Source: Lingula anatina
Taxonomy: Eukaryota > Animalia > Brachiopoda
Length of the DNA stretch: 64,000 bases
NCBI GenBank assembly: GCA_051362555.1
Contig: CM120642.1
Coordinates: 18,972,001 to 19,036,000, forward strand
Direction: 5' to 3'
Shown here: positions 38,025 to 49,576 of the stretch, one piece after another
Numbering within the stretch: the stretch's first letter is position 1
How the letters are laid out: every line of letters begins with the position of its first letter
The notes under the pieces: generated by a model
Told to the model about the DNA's origin: nothing
The model's database searches: none
The model's input: the letters and a program-made list of their open reading frames with translations, nothing else
Made by a program: the position numbers and the translations under genes

Positions 38025-39719
38025 GTTTTACTTACGCAATCAACCCACTTTCTAACCACGCTGCTGGCTTTTTAAAGGTGTCTTAACTTCAATGACGTCT
38101 TAAACGGGTGTTGCGATAAATTATGGCTGACATGTTATTCAATTGCATTTAAGGCCTTGCTGCGTTACGTGGACTTGTAATGGTAGACAAAACCACATGC
38201 CATTTGATAACTATGGAGTTAGGAATTTAAAACTAACGAAGGAAAGGTACTCAAAAGGCATACATTGGGAGCGACTGTGGCCTTTCTATAACCAAAAATG
38301 AATTATCTCGGAAATTTTGAACATTTTCTGTGAATTACTGAGATATATACATGTATACCACATAAAACTGGCAAGAAAATGTTATGTTCTTTAAAAAGCA
38401 ATTTTTTTGAATTCACGAAATTAGCCTTGTTGGCATGCTATACATATTTATTTGAAACAGCTTTATTTTTATCCTTTAGGCAATCTTCTGGAATTTTTGT
38501 TTTGTCTCCAGTGTTTACACCTCATTATTTTTAATTCTTTTTTACATCCAAGTATAGTAAAACTACGGTGACAGGTATCACAATGCACATTTAAATTTGT
38601 AAAACATATTTAGTAAATCATGTATTGTGCAATTTGTTCAGATTTATTGCATGCGGGGTTTGTTTTATCTTAAATTTTTTAACTTCCCTTCACGAAAATG
38701 CACATGAAATATTATTATTAATGATCGCTACTACCTTATAAAGGAAAGCAAACGACTCCGATACTTTCAGAGGGAAGGGCATTACGAATTAGATTTGTCA
38801 ACAAATATCAAGTGTTCCCTAATCGGGCTCAAATGGTGCTTAGCGTCAAATTACATTTAGAGGGGAAATGCCATCAAAAAGTATTTCAAATACACATACA
38901 TGTTCTGTAAACTGTGCGTAACACAAAACTAACCTATTCCAATGTTATATTTGTCTCTTTTATAGACTCTTATGTAATTTACAATAATAAAATAAACCCT
39001 TCATGAACAGCAACTGTGCTTTTATTCTTGAGAGCGAACATAACTTCTCATGGCCTTCACCCCAGTAGTGCTTACTAGCAGTGTCTAGTTAAGAGGGCGG
39101 GAAATATCGACTATTACTGTGTATAGTCATCAAAAGTGAGCCTGAGAGACGTGGAAGCATTAAATTGTTCGCAACGTTGAAGTTCATTTATTTATTTTTA
39201 TTTATTTATTTATTTATTTTTGGAATGGGAATAAGAAGATAACCTGCGCGACTGAAGGCCTAGATAACCCATCTTATTGCTGTATTTTTGCAAACTTTTG
39301 CACACTCGTCGGCAGTTTCATAGCCTATAATGGTTTGCGTGTCTAGCATATATTGCAATGTTACCAAGGAAATAAATGCGATATAACCTTGCCCCGTAGA
39401 GATAACTCGTTAATAAGATGATGATTAATGCCTATTTAGAGTTTTTATTTGTATGTTCAAATAGAGGGCACTAGCACATACAGTCAAAGTTAATGATAAC
39501 ATTTAAAACTTTAAAGTTTAGAAACTGGGTGTGATATATTTTTCAACAGTCTGAGTAACATGGTATTCCAAAGGCATTCAAATAACATTGTATAACATTG
39601 TAACATTTTCAGACGAGACCTGTTTGTGAAATCCTGCAAATATTTCATCTGTCAATTAAAAGTTTGGCTTGAATTGAGTGCCCCCCTTTTGTTCACATGG
39701 CACCGCGTTATACTATCTT

Positions 39720-39795
39720 CTAAAAACCATCTTCGTCATCATCTTCGACATTGTCCTCCAACAGACGGATCAATTCCTGAAATAATGCACAAAAT

Positions 39796-39828
<33 letters not shown>

Positions 39829-40475
39829 AGGTACAGTGTCGTCGATAACCTCTCTCTATTCCGATTGTCATTGCAATGTTACCATGGAAACGACCACGAT
39901 ACTCTCTCTCTCTCTCTGATGTTGGCAAATTATGCCTGTTAGATATTAGATACTGACGCACAATTCTGAATGTCTGAAGAAACTTTCATAACTAAGAATG
40001 CATAGTATATCTCCCAAGTATATTCTCCATGAAAAATAGAGATAAAATAGCCTACCTTTTCACTGTCTAAAATATTAATTTCGGCATTTCTGTCAGTCCT
40101 TTCGCGTAAAACAACTGATCGGCGGCGGCGCCTTCTAGCTGGTTTTGACAAAAAATACTATTATTAAGTTTCGTCATTGAAGGTTTCAGTGTCCATGCCA
40201 ACACGCACTATCTATACATGAACATCGATACTTTTGCGTTTGGATGTGGGAACAACCATTGTATATAGACGATTTATGAAATTTTGACCTTAAATTTGTT
40301 CATTGAAGGGATGTGTGTGGGGTACTTTGAAAATATGGTATGCTACAAGTAGAAATTGGATGAAGAACAAAAATGAAGTTTACTCACTCGCAAACCCATG
40401 CACCTCCGAAATGGTAAACAACTGCACAAGTAGCAAGGTCACCAGAATAAAAACCAACGCTCGGTGCTTCTCCAT
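39720..40475 (-). CDS. Secreted poly-Arg peptide precursor, gene B (75 aa)
   Basis: Exons 40475-40388, 40138-40056 and 39776-39720: MEKHRALVFILVTLLLVQLFTISEVHGFATRRRRRRSVVLRERTDRNAEINILDSEKELIRLLEDNVEDDDEDGF*. Canonical GT/CAG sites and a TATATAAG about 90 bp upstream. Confidence 0.85.
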
Positions 40476-41150
40476 GCCTGCGACTTCTACTACGTAGAAT
40501 AGCTCTTAGTACACTGCGGGTTGGGGTCAAAATATAAATATTCTCGAAAGAATGACAAATTCCTTATATACACTATGGATGAAGAGCTGCCTTGCTATTC
40601 ACGTTTGTTTTGTCAACGGAAGGTTGGCGACTTCTCGGGGTGCTGTAAATTGGAATGTATTTTCATACATGTAGCTTCTTTCGCCATGCGTGCCCAAACT
40701 GAACGCATACATTAGCATTAAATGAGGAGGATTTATTGCATTTATGATGCTTGAGGCGATAGATATTGTTCTTCATTTAAAACATTTTAGTGGCTTTCGC
40801 ACGTCATTAGCATGATCGATGAAATACGAGGTTAGACGTAGAGGTTTTAACGCCTTAATAATTGTTTTGAAAGAACGGATATTTTGAGATTTACATCAGA
40901 CAGCATGAAAAAGGATCAACGGTAACATTAAGCTTATGTTACTTTGATAATATGTTTTTTTTTTAACGAATTGAAAATTACAAAGAGACTTAAACATGTT
41001 AATGCAAAGAAATGCAAATCTGCCAACGATGAATCGTAGGTTTTTAATTTGACCATTGACCATTATTTGCTCAGGAAATCCTCGCAGGTACACGAGGTCA
41101 ATATTACGCCCATCACAATAATATCTAGCGTCATTCACAATAATATTTAA

Positions 41151-43268
41151 CGTCATTCTTTGCTAGTGGTTACAAAATGTTGAATTTGACCAAAAATATC
41201 AAACGTTCTCTGGGAAGCTGTAATTTTGCAGTGTGATAGCTACACCATCACAGTTTATCATTTCATAAAAAGGGAAACAGCAGATGCCCTTTTTAGGGCA
41301 CACAGGAGAGTTGAACAGCTATACCTACCAAATCCAAGACGCGTCACCCTGGGTAATATATTTTGCACAAACTAATGAAAGTCTACTGGAATGTTTTTAG
41401 TTTTAGTTTAAATCATAAGGAGGTGTTGCCTCAATGCTTTAAATCTGGTTTTGAAGAATTCAATCCACATTTCATAATTTAATATAAATGGTGAATATGT
41501 GGGACATGGTCACGTTAGTGACACGGGAACAAAAACTTTTCATAACCAAGTAAATAATAACAATATTTTTGCTATTATCCACACACACTTCAACCATGAG
41601 GGGAACATCACTCTCACATGCTTTAAAAATTGGAATTGACAAACACAGAGGAATAATGCACATATTTTGTTTGCTGTAACTCTGCTTCATGGGACACACA
41701 CTGAACACAGTTGATTTAAAGAATGTTCCAGATTGTAGTTTTTTTTTTCAGAATTATTATTATTTTTAAATTTTTTTTAACACAATAAAGTTCAGTTAAA
41801 TACCAAATTTAACAAAATGAAGTTCAGTGTAACACAAAGTTCAGTATTTTAACATTATCTCTGGCATCTGTGGACCACTGGTGATATCTGCTATGCTCTA
41901 CCAAGGAATCCACTCTTGGGATTCTGAAAAAAACCATACAATGAATCTGTTTACTCTGATAACGAACAATGGGAAACCTAAGATTACAAAAAGTTTATTG
42001 CTTATTCAAACAAAGTACAGTGCATTATGAGTGACAAACACTAATTACTGGGACACATTTTCTTCACCCATATTCGGTGCTTCATTGTGTCTCTGTACGT
42101 TACATAACGTTAGTGTTGCGAGAAATCCATTATTGCCGTTTTTTACAGACGGTTAAATTTTTAACGCACTGAATACAGTGTATATAGCATCTTAATTTAA
42201 GATAAAACTAAAACAATGTCATTTAATTTCAATGATTGAGTTTTCGAGAACAAGAGAACATGAATACGGTGTCACCGCGTTACCACGGGAAACAAACGAA
42301 AACCGGAAGTTAAAACGAAGTCACCCTACTAATCGAATGGAAAGAATCAATCAATGCACATATAGACTTATGTTGAATTTATTGAAGGAAAAATGAAACG
42401 AAATTCAGTATTTCTCACCTTCATACAAAGAAGATCCCTATAAACAGTCCCGTAGCGGTTAAATCAAGCGAATTACACGTGTGCCCCTGCATCCGATCTC
42501 GAGAGCGTCACATGTTATTAGAATGGGACACGTGCCACTTTGAGCTGGCTTTTCAGTGTGCAAAAGAAGCCATTCGTGTGTGAGACGTCATCAGTTAGTG
42601 AGTATGGAAGAAGATCGCTATCGATGTAAGTCGTCCGATAAAAATCGATCTCTGAAGTTTCAGCGTAACAAACGTTACTTGGGACACGGTGAAGAAAAAT
42701 CGAACTTGTTGAGCAAGAAATGTGAAATTCTTAAGAAAACTGATATTAGCATGTGACACAAACTAACCGACAGACTACTTTGGACGCATTGAAGACTTTT
42801 AATACGGAAAGATAGGATTAGATGAAGTTTTCATTTGGCTGGGACACGGCATGCAACGTTCGTTACGGTAATTTTGTGATCATTTTTCAGTGACTTCAAA
42901 TAAATTTTTATTTACATAATCTTTTGCACATTCTGTTTATTATATCTTCCTGCAGTAGGTGTATTTCCTGCTTCAATAATACATTCAAACCCTAAACAAA
43001 CTGTTCCTAAAAAGAGGTAGGGTCGGAATTCCACAAAAATGGACGCCATTTTGACGGTATTTTCGATATATTTTCTGCTGTTTATCTCTTTCTTTTTTTT
43101 TGCTTTTATAACAGCATCCTCCTAGCTAATGCAGCTTCTTTGATTTTTTATTGAGACATACACATGCAACGATGTCATGAGAATTTGGTTGGCCATCTTA
43201 AATTTAAATTACATTTTTGTTATGCCCCCCCCCCCCCCCCGCAGTACACCACTAGCAAAGAATGACAC
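41151..43268. mobile_element. About 2.1-kb non-coding TIR element inserted at TTAA
   Basis: TIRs GTCATTCTTTGCTAGTGGT / ACCACTAGCAAAGAATGAC with TTAA on both flanks. The paralogous site (about 53890-53918, caataatatTTAAatga..aatgttct) is empty. Confidence 0.8.
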
Positions 43269-46200
43269 TTAAATGACACGAAAAAATGTTCTGAGTAAAG
43301 TCCACAGTAAAGTACAAAAGTTAAGGGACTCGGTTCAACTTTTCTAAATCAACCCTGCTGCTTATTCATCCCTTTTCACGCCGTTGGTCTTTTTCCATTT
43401 TTTTCTGTTCTTTTTTATTCATCTTTATCTGTACTTATCTATTTATTTATTCGTCCCATTAATAAAGACAGAAGTCCACATTTACCGATACACGCCCCCT
43501 GTTTAGTGCGTGTATCTTTAAATGTGGACTCCTTTTCTTTTAGAATCATCCGAGAAAACCCCAAGTCTCGCAAATAGTACTGACAAACTTCTGCACAAAG
43601 TCACACAAAAAAATTGTAAAAGAAAATAAAAAGCAAACACCCGATGCTACTCCTCGACATCAACTTATCAACTTTAATAACCCTAAACTAATCTACAAGT
43701 GCAACCCACCTTGGATACATTTAGGACAACATAATAAAATGCGGTTACACGTTGTGGTTAAATTCTTGCGGTCCTCCAATGACCTCCATGACGCCAAGTT
43801 TAAAGGACATCCGACATACCGTCAGAATGGCCTGAACGGAGCATCTTCTTCAGAAAACATGCCCAACTAACGATATCTTTATCCAAATACACAAATTAAA
43901 AGCTCATTTTGTAAATTTTGGACTTAAAAAACGTCCTATTTGCTCGGCCTGGGAGTTTAATGAGCTACGTGGTCATGTGGTCCGATGACGACAATCGTGC
44001 CACCGGCGGAGCTGTCAAACTCAGCTGCATTGTCTACCTGTAGGATGACTTTTCTGGCTTCTGATAAAAGTTTATACTCATTCAAATCTCTTACCCGATG
44101 GGTCTAAATCCTCGTGAAGCTATGTAAAAACATTTCCCATCTATTCAATTCTTTAACAAGCATTTAATTATGCTTATCCCAAGTTGTATAAAACACTGCA
44201 TTTGAATGACTTAAGGGTACTGTTGATTATTCCATATGAGGTCCATGTTATTTGTGAAATTCAATTTATTTTATTAAACCGACACCCCGTCTTGCATACT
44301 TTTATTAAACTGAGGTAAACAATGCCTGTTACCTTTACAAGTCCTATCTTAATCATCCATCTAACTGGAACTTCCTTTACCTCTTAATTAGAGGTTTAAA
44401 TGGCATTCAATTCTCCTGTAGCCTTTGTCTTGCGAGTATCGAACGCACTCTCGCTGGCGATATTTATCTCAGGTAAAAATCTACCTGTGCGTTAGTTTCA
44501 AAGTGCAGCTCCCGCAGACCTGGGGGTACTAGATAAAATCTGAACACCAGGTTTATTGAGAAGCTAAAGAAACAAAGGAAGAATTTTTCCTGCAGAGCTT
44601 CATAGGAGTTTTAACACGGACTTGATCCAGCCAAGACCTCCAAACTAACAGGGTAACATGGGCAATTTTCACAAACAAATAATAAAACTATATTTCAGTT
44701 AGCCTCCTTTTAAATAAATATACCGTTATGGGTAAATTAGAATATTTATTAAATCGCGAGAATATTTTTGACTTAAATGATGATTTTATTATTAATGGAA
44801 ATTAATTAAGCTACTATATGTGGTTCATTTGCTGTGATTACGCTGCCCTTCGTGTTTTGCGTTAGTCTACATTTTGCTGTACGTGCTCGGAATTTTTTAA
44901 AATCTGTGCGTACAATTTTTGCAGGTTTGGTTACGCCCCTGTTATGTGATGAAAGTCTAAATTTGGCAATTAGTTCCTTTGCTTATTAAAATAGAATTGC
45001 AGTGTAAAATTTTCAACAAGATGTTGGTGCAATAGCCCTTCATTCTTTGTGGATATTTCCCCCGTCAAAGTTTCTCTAAAATTATCTTTCAATCTTTACT
45101 CCTTCAATGGCAGTATAAAGTTATATTTTCGTGAAATTTTAATGACAAGCCAAGTGTCTCAAGTTCATTCCGTACCCAATTTTTACCCAAGCAATTTTTT
45201 TCTTGAGTGATCTTTATAGCACGCTGTTATAATATTTAAAAAAGTGTAGCTTCATACTTAAAAGAATTGGGTATCTACCGCTTTTCATAATATACCAAGT
45301 TATGTACAATGAACTTAGTAATCAGTAGTGCTCTTTTTCACACCCAACATGCTTTTAAAAATCCGTATGTGCCTTTCTTATATCCCTTACCAGGTTAAAT
45401 CTCCATGCACAATTTAAAATATACTAACGTACGTAAAACTGCACATTTAGTAAACGCATGAAAGTAATGATTTTTTACATGCTTCTAGTAGCCATCTCAA
45501 CTACATGTAGCTGTTGACTGAAGAAAAATTCACATCATTCTTAAAAGAATTGAGAGTTTTAGACGGCAAATTGGTAGACTTCACAGCTTTTTCTCATTTT
45601 TCTGCTAGGAAATAACGAGAAAATGAAAAAAAGTTTATACACCTCTGTATTATTATTATCATTATCATTTTTGAATCAGCAAGGTAATTAACTTGGCTTG
45701 TTTTATTGTGGATTTCATGGGAAAGTTATTCCCCATATCGGTTCTTGCAGTCCTTTTGTTAAGGACTAAACATGCCTTGATTCATGTTGAAATACCAAAA
45801 TAAAATAAAGCATAGAAATCTATTGATTTCATTTATTCTAAAATGTGCAAACGTGTGAACTATAGGGATAAGATGACAAAATAAAACATTCAATAAGATA
45901 TAAAGGCAGTATATATAACGTCTGAAGAAAATCTTCTCTAAATTTTCTGAATTGCACAAAGTAGTGCGTCGCAGCATTGTTGCTATTCGCTAGGTTGACA
46001 TTTCCAGACAGATCACTGTTTCAAAAAAAAAAAAAAAAAAAACGGTCCGTATAGTCTCATAAATGGAGAAGTCACACCTAAGACCTTCCAAATCTTACCA
46101 CCAGGAAACAGGCACTTATTAATGTTCTTACAATTATGCTGATGCAACTTAGGATCCCTCGTTCCGCTCAGAATAAGGGCTCGATTGCCTCCAGCTCCAG

Positions 46201-46551
46201 AAAGCGAAGTTTGTCGCAGTCAAACGACATTTTATGGCGACAACAACCTCCAGAGTTTTTTTTACGCACATGAACATTCCGCGCATGCTCAATTCTTCAA
46301 AAAAGGGTATACATGAAAATTGCTGCCTCTTTGCAACCACACAACGAAATTTGTGCAGGATTGTTTGTTTCCTTAAAGCCATAACATTTAATACTGGCGA
46401 AAATGTGTTACATTGGTAAAATGATTACGATATTGGGGTTATATAATAAAAACGCCCTTTTTGGCCAAATCTCAAACAACCTATATTCTCCGTTGCCTTC
46501 TTTCTTCGTGTGGATGAAGGTTTGTGGTAACCTGGGATGGAGGAGACATAA

Positions 46552-46792
46552 CAGGCCCGTAGCCAGCAAATGTTTTTCTCATGGAACCTTAGTTTGCTAC
46601 ATCAAATTTACCCAGAGCGGACCTTTTCCCATCAAAAAGGGCGGTTCTTTTCTGCAAATGTGGACTTTTTTCGTGGAACCTAAGTTTGCCTAGATCAAAA
46701 TTACACAAAGTGGACCTTTTTTTTCCAGTACAAATCATTTTACCTAAACCTGACTACGAACCCCAACCCCCTCCCTCCTGCCAACGGGCCTG
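46552..46792. mobile_element. CAGGCCCGT-type MITE, present in both duplication blocks
   Basis: Termini CAGGCCCGT / ACGGGCCTG. A copy lies at the paralogous position 56354-56621. Confidence 0.75.
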
Positions 46793-47023
46793 AAAAAAAA
46801 GCGTTTTTAAGACCCTTTGTGAACGCCAGCCTGGGTTTAGCAGGTAACTAAACACAACCACCTCGGAAGAAGAGGCTTTGAACAGGGCAACAGCATCTTC
46901 TATTTATGCAATGAGTTAGGAACCATCTACTTTTCTGAGCACAACAATAGAATCATTTATAAGGTCAGATATCGTCTCTATCGCCAAGGTGGTCAAATTA
47001 GAGTGTGAGTTAAAACAACCTAC

Positions 47024-47070
47024 CAATCTGGTATTTTCAATCGTCTAACTTTTTCACTTCATTAATTCTT
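47024..47070 (-). pseudogene. Remnant (E') of a sixth poly-Arg peptide gene
   Basis: Matches the 3' half of gene E exon 2 (..AAGTTAGACGAT-----TGAAAATACCAGATTG|gtaggt) with a 5-nt deletion creating a stop. The 5' part is cut at the duplication junction, and the exon-3 region (55105-55685 in block 2) is missing at about 45940. Confidence 0.75.
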
Positions 47071-48087
47071 TGCTTTTGAAGTGGGGTCTCCCGCCTCCAC
47101 ACTCGCCGTCGCCGCAGGGGCCTAGCAATTTAACCTTGGAGGCGATATTTAATCCGATTAATGACGCGGGCGGAGGCGGGGAGACCGTTGGGAATCAGCG
47201 GCATCGCTTTTGAAGTGTGGTCGGCCATATTTAGTCGGCGGATCAGTTAGTACTCGGATCATCCATTCTGAATGGCCCCATACATCTTCTTTAAAGAGTT
47301 ACCATTAGCTTCTTGTATGCACAATAAATGACGCGGAGCCTAGTTGTTCACGCTTCCTTTACCAAGGACATGGCTGGTGACGTCTTGTTTTGTACATTCA
47401 AATATTCATAGCCTATTTCGTTCGTCATGATGACCAAAGAAAAGGCGAATTAGCATTACATGGAGAGGGTTTACTAGTTTGGAAACACAAATAAAGTATT
47501 TATGAAGCTTGAAGATGATGAAGATTATTTGTCTCCAAGTGAAGTTTTTTACTGACTTTTGTTAATCAACAATTGAAAGATGAAGTTAGATGCGAGGTTT
47601 TTACTGCCCTTATAAGTTTTTTTTTATTATTTTATTTTATTTTATAAAATGTTTTTTGTTGGACAAGAATTGTGAGATGTAGAATTATACAATCCCGCAA
47701 TAATGAATCAAAGATTCTCAAATTTGGCCATTTATTTTCGCAGTACAGTGTCGAAATGACGCGTGAAAGTGTTACATTTGACATAATAAAAAGTATGTAA
47801 CACGAGTGCCAGAGTAGGGTGCGCCGTCTTCGGTTTACGTACCACCAGCAACGTAAATGCAATTTGAAATACACCACATCATGGCGAGAAAAAAATATCT
47901 TGGTATAATATGTCCACAGTCTTAAAAATTTGTGCTATTATTCCAAGGACACTTGACTGGCCAAAGATGATATTGCATCAGGAGAGTCTTGCGGCTGAGT
48001 TTATACAATCACTTCAAACTGCTTGTTTTAATTTTTTCCTTGTTAGAAACCAGACGCTTTGTTGTATTCATTTGAAGTCATCTCATC

Positions 48088-49576
48088 CTATTCTCCTTCT
48101 TCGCGCAACTCTTCCAGTAGCGCCTTAATCAACTCTTCCTGAAAAAGTATAATGTTAGGCAAACTTGTACACACAATGTTTTATTTACTGACAGGAATAC
48201 TTAGAAAGAGAATCAAATCAAAAGTTCAGCGTATTAATGTCCAAATTTTCATTCTTGACGGTTGTGAACTCCAGCAGCATATTATTGAGTTTATTGCGTT
48301 CATTAAGAATGTGAGATAGGATTTTCACTACATGCAAGTCACATGCCCTTTTAAGGACCTACAAAATCCTGCTCACTGGATGTGCGTCTGTGTTTGGCGC
48401 GGTAAACAAATTTAGGGCTGACTGTCTGATCAAAGAGATGTATACAACTCTGATGGAGGGTTTTGATACATCTCGCTATTGTAAACTAAGATTAAGATGA
48501 AAATATAGCTAAATTTTTGAAAAAAAAGATTTAATTATAATCGCATCTTTATGTGACTGTAAGCTCATGGATGTTTGAAGATGATGACGATGGCACGCAG
48601 CCGACCTCGAGCTTAGTGTATCACACACTTTTTTTTGGTTTTTGTAATAATCTCTCAAGAGAGGCTATTAGCCTCGCATTCCGTGAAAATGTTACACATT
48701 CTTAATCTTCTTCTTTTTTTTTTTTTTTTTTTTTTTTTTTGGGGGGGGGGGGGGTGCCATAAAACGGAGTGTTCTAGGGTAAATGCCAACTTTCCCACAC
48801 TTTCCAGTGAGTCCATTCCGAAATTAAAATTGATTGTTTGATTGTTCTTTCCTTTTCCGTGTGTCTTTTAACAATCTCAAGAGATTATTACGGAGGGTAG
48901 CCATCTATGAAGGTGCACGTGGTCTGATGGCAAGCAAAGATTTAAAAATAATTGCGATAATTGTACATTGTAATAATAAGCTGAATAATCTTATAAACTG
49001 TATAAGCGTCGCATAGAAATACAAGGATATAAAAGTCGCATACCTGGTCGCTGTCTATTATTTCGTTGAGTTCGGCACTCCTAACATTCCTTTTATGCGA
49101 CACCACTCCGCTACGACGTCTTCTAATCGCTTTTGACAAAAGGAAATACGAAATATGGCTTTAGAAGTTTTCAATGCCTGTGGTTCTTTGAACTGTCTAT
49201 GCATACACAGATTGAATTATAATTGCGTTGTGGTAATATCGTTATATTGAAATTCTCACATTGTCCAATATTACATGTCTCTTTTTGAAGCATTTTTTGA
49301 AGCACATTTTGTTATCGGCTCTTTTAGCATTCAATTGTGTGGCTCTTTTATTATAAAATGCATGGAATTGTGGTCAAGAACAGTTACAATCAACACACAA
49401 CATGTACCAGTTAAGTGAGGAAAATAGTTTGAAAAATAAAATATAATACATATATGTAATTGGACCTAATAAAGTGAGGTATACTTACACAAAGCGCCAC
49501 ACACCTCCGAATTGGCGAGCAACTGCATAAGAAGCAAGGTCACCAGAAGAAAAACAAAAGTTCGACGTTTGTCCAT
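48088..49576 (-). CDS. Secreted poly-Arg peptide precursor, gene C (74 aa; paralog of A)
   Basis: Exons 49576-49489, 49129-49044 and 48138-48088: MDKRRTFVFLLVTLLLMQLLANSEVCGALSIRRRRSGVVSHKRNVRSAELNEIIDSDQEELIKALLEELREEGE*. Confidence 0.82.

Larger units (their letters stand above)
35700..47070. repeat. Segmental duplication, block 1 (genes A, B and remnant E')
   Basis: Colinear with 47183-56905, starting at the shared gaccgttgggaatcagcg. The blocks differ by substitutions and large indels. Confidence 0.9.

Noticed and set aside
39626-40497. Plus-strand ORFs conserved between blocks (39626, 40303, 51806, 52789)
   Set aside because: Antisense shadows of the minus-strand exons of genes B and D.
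43800-45560. Block-1-specific 1.7-kb segment starting TTAA-AGG as a possible Kolobok insertion
   Set aside because: I could not find a matching terminal inverted repeat, and block 2 has unrelated sequence rather than a clean empty site.
46149-46693. ORFs here and their counterparts at 55850-56377
   Set aside because: Intron 2 of the E/E' gene plus MITE sequence. Frames are not conserved between the duplicates.
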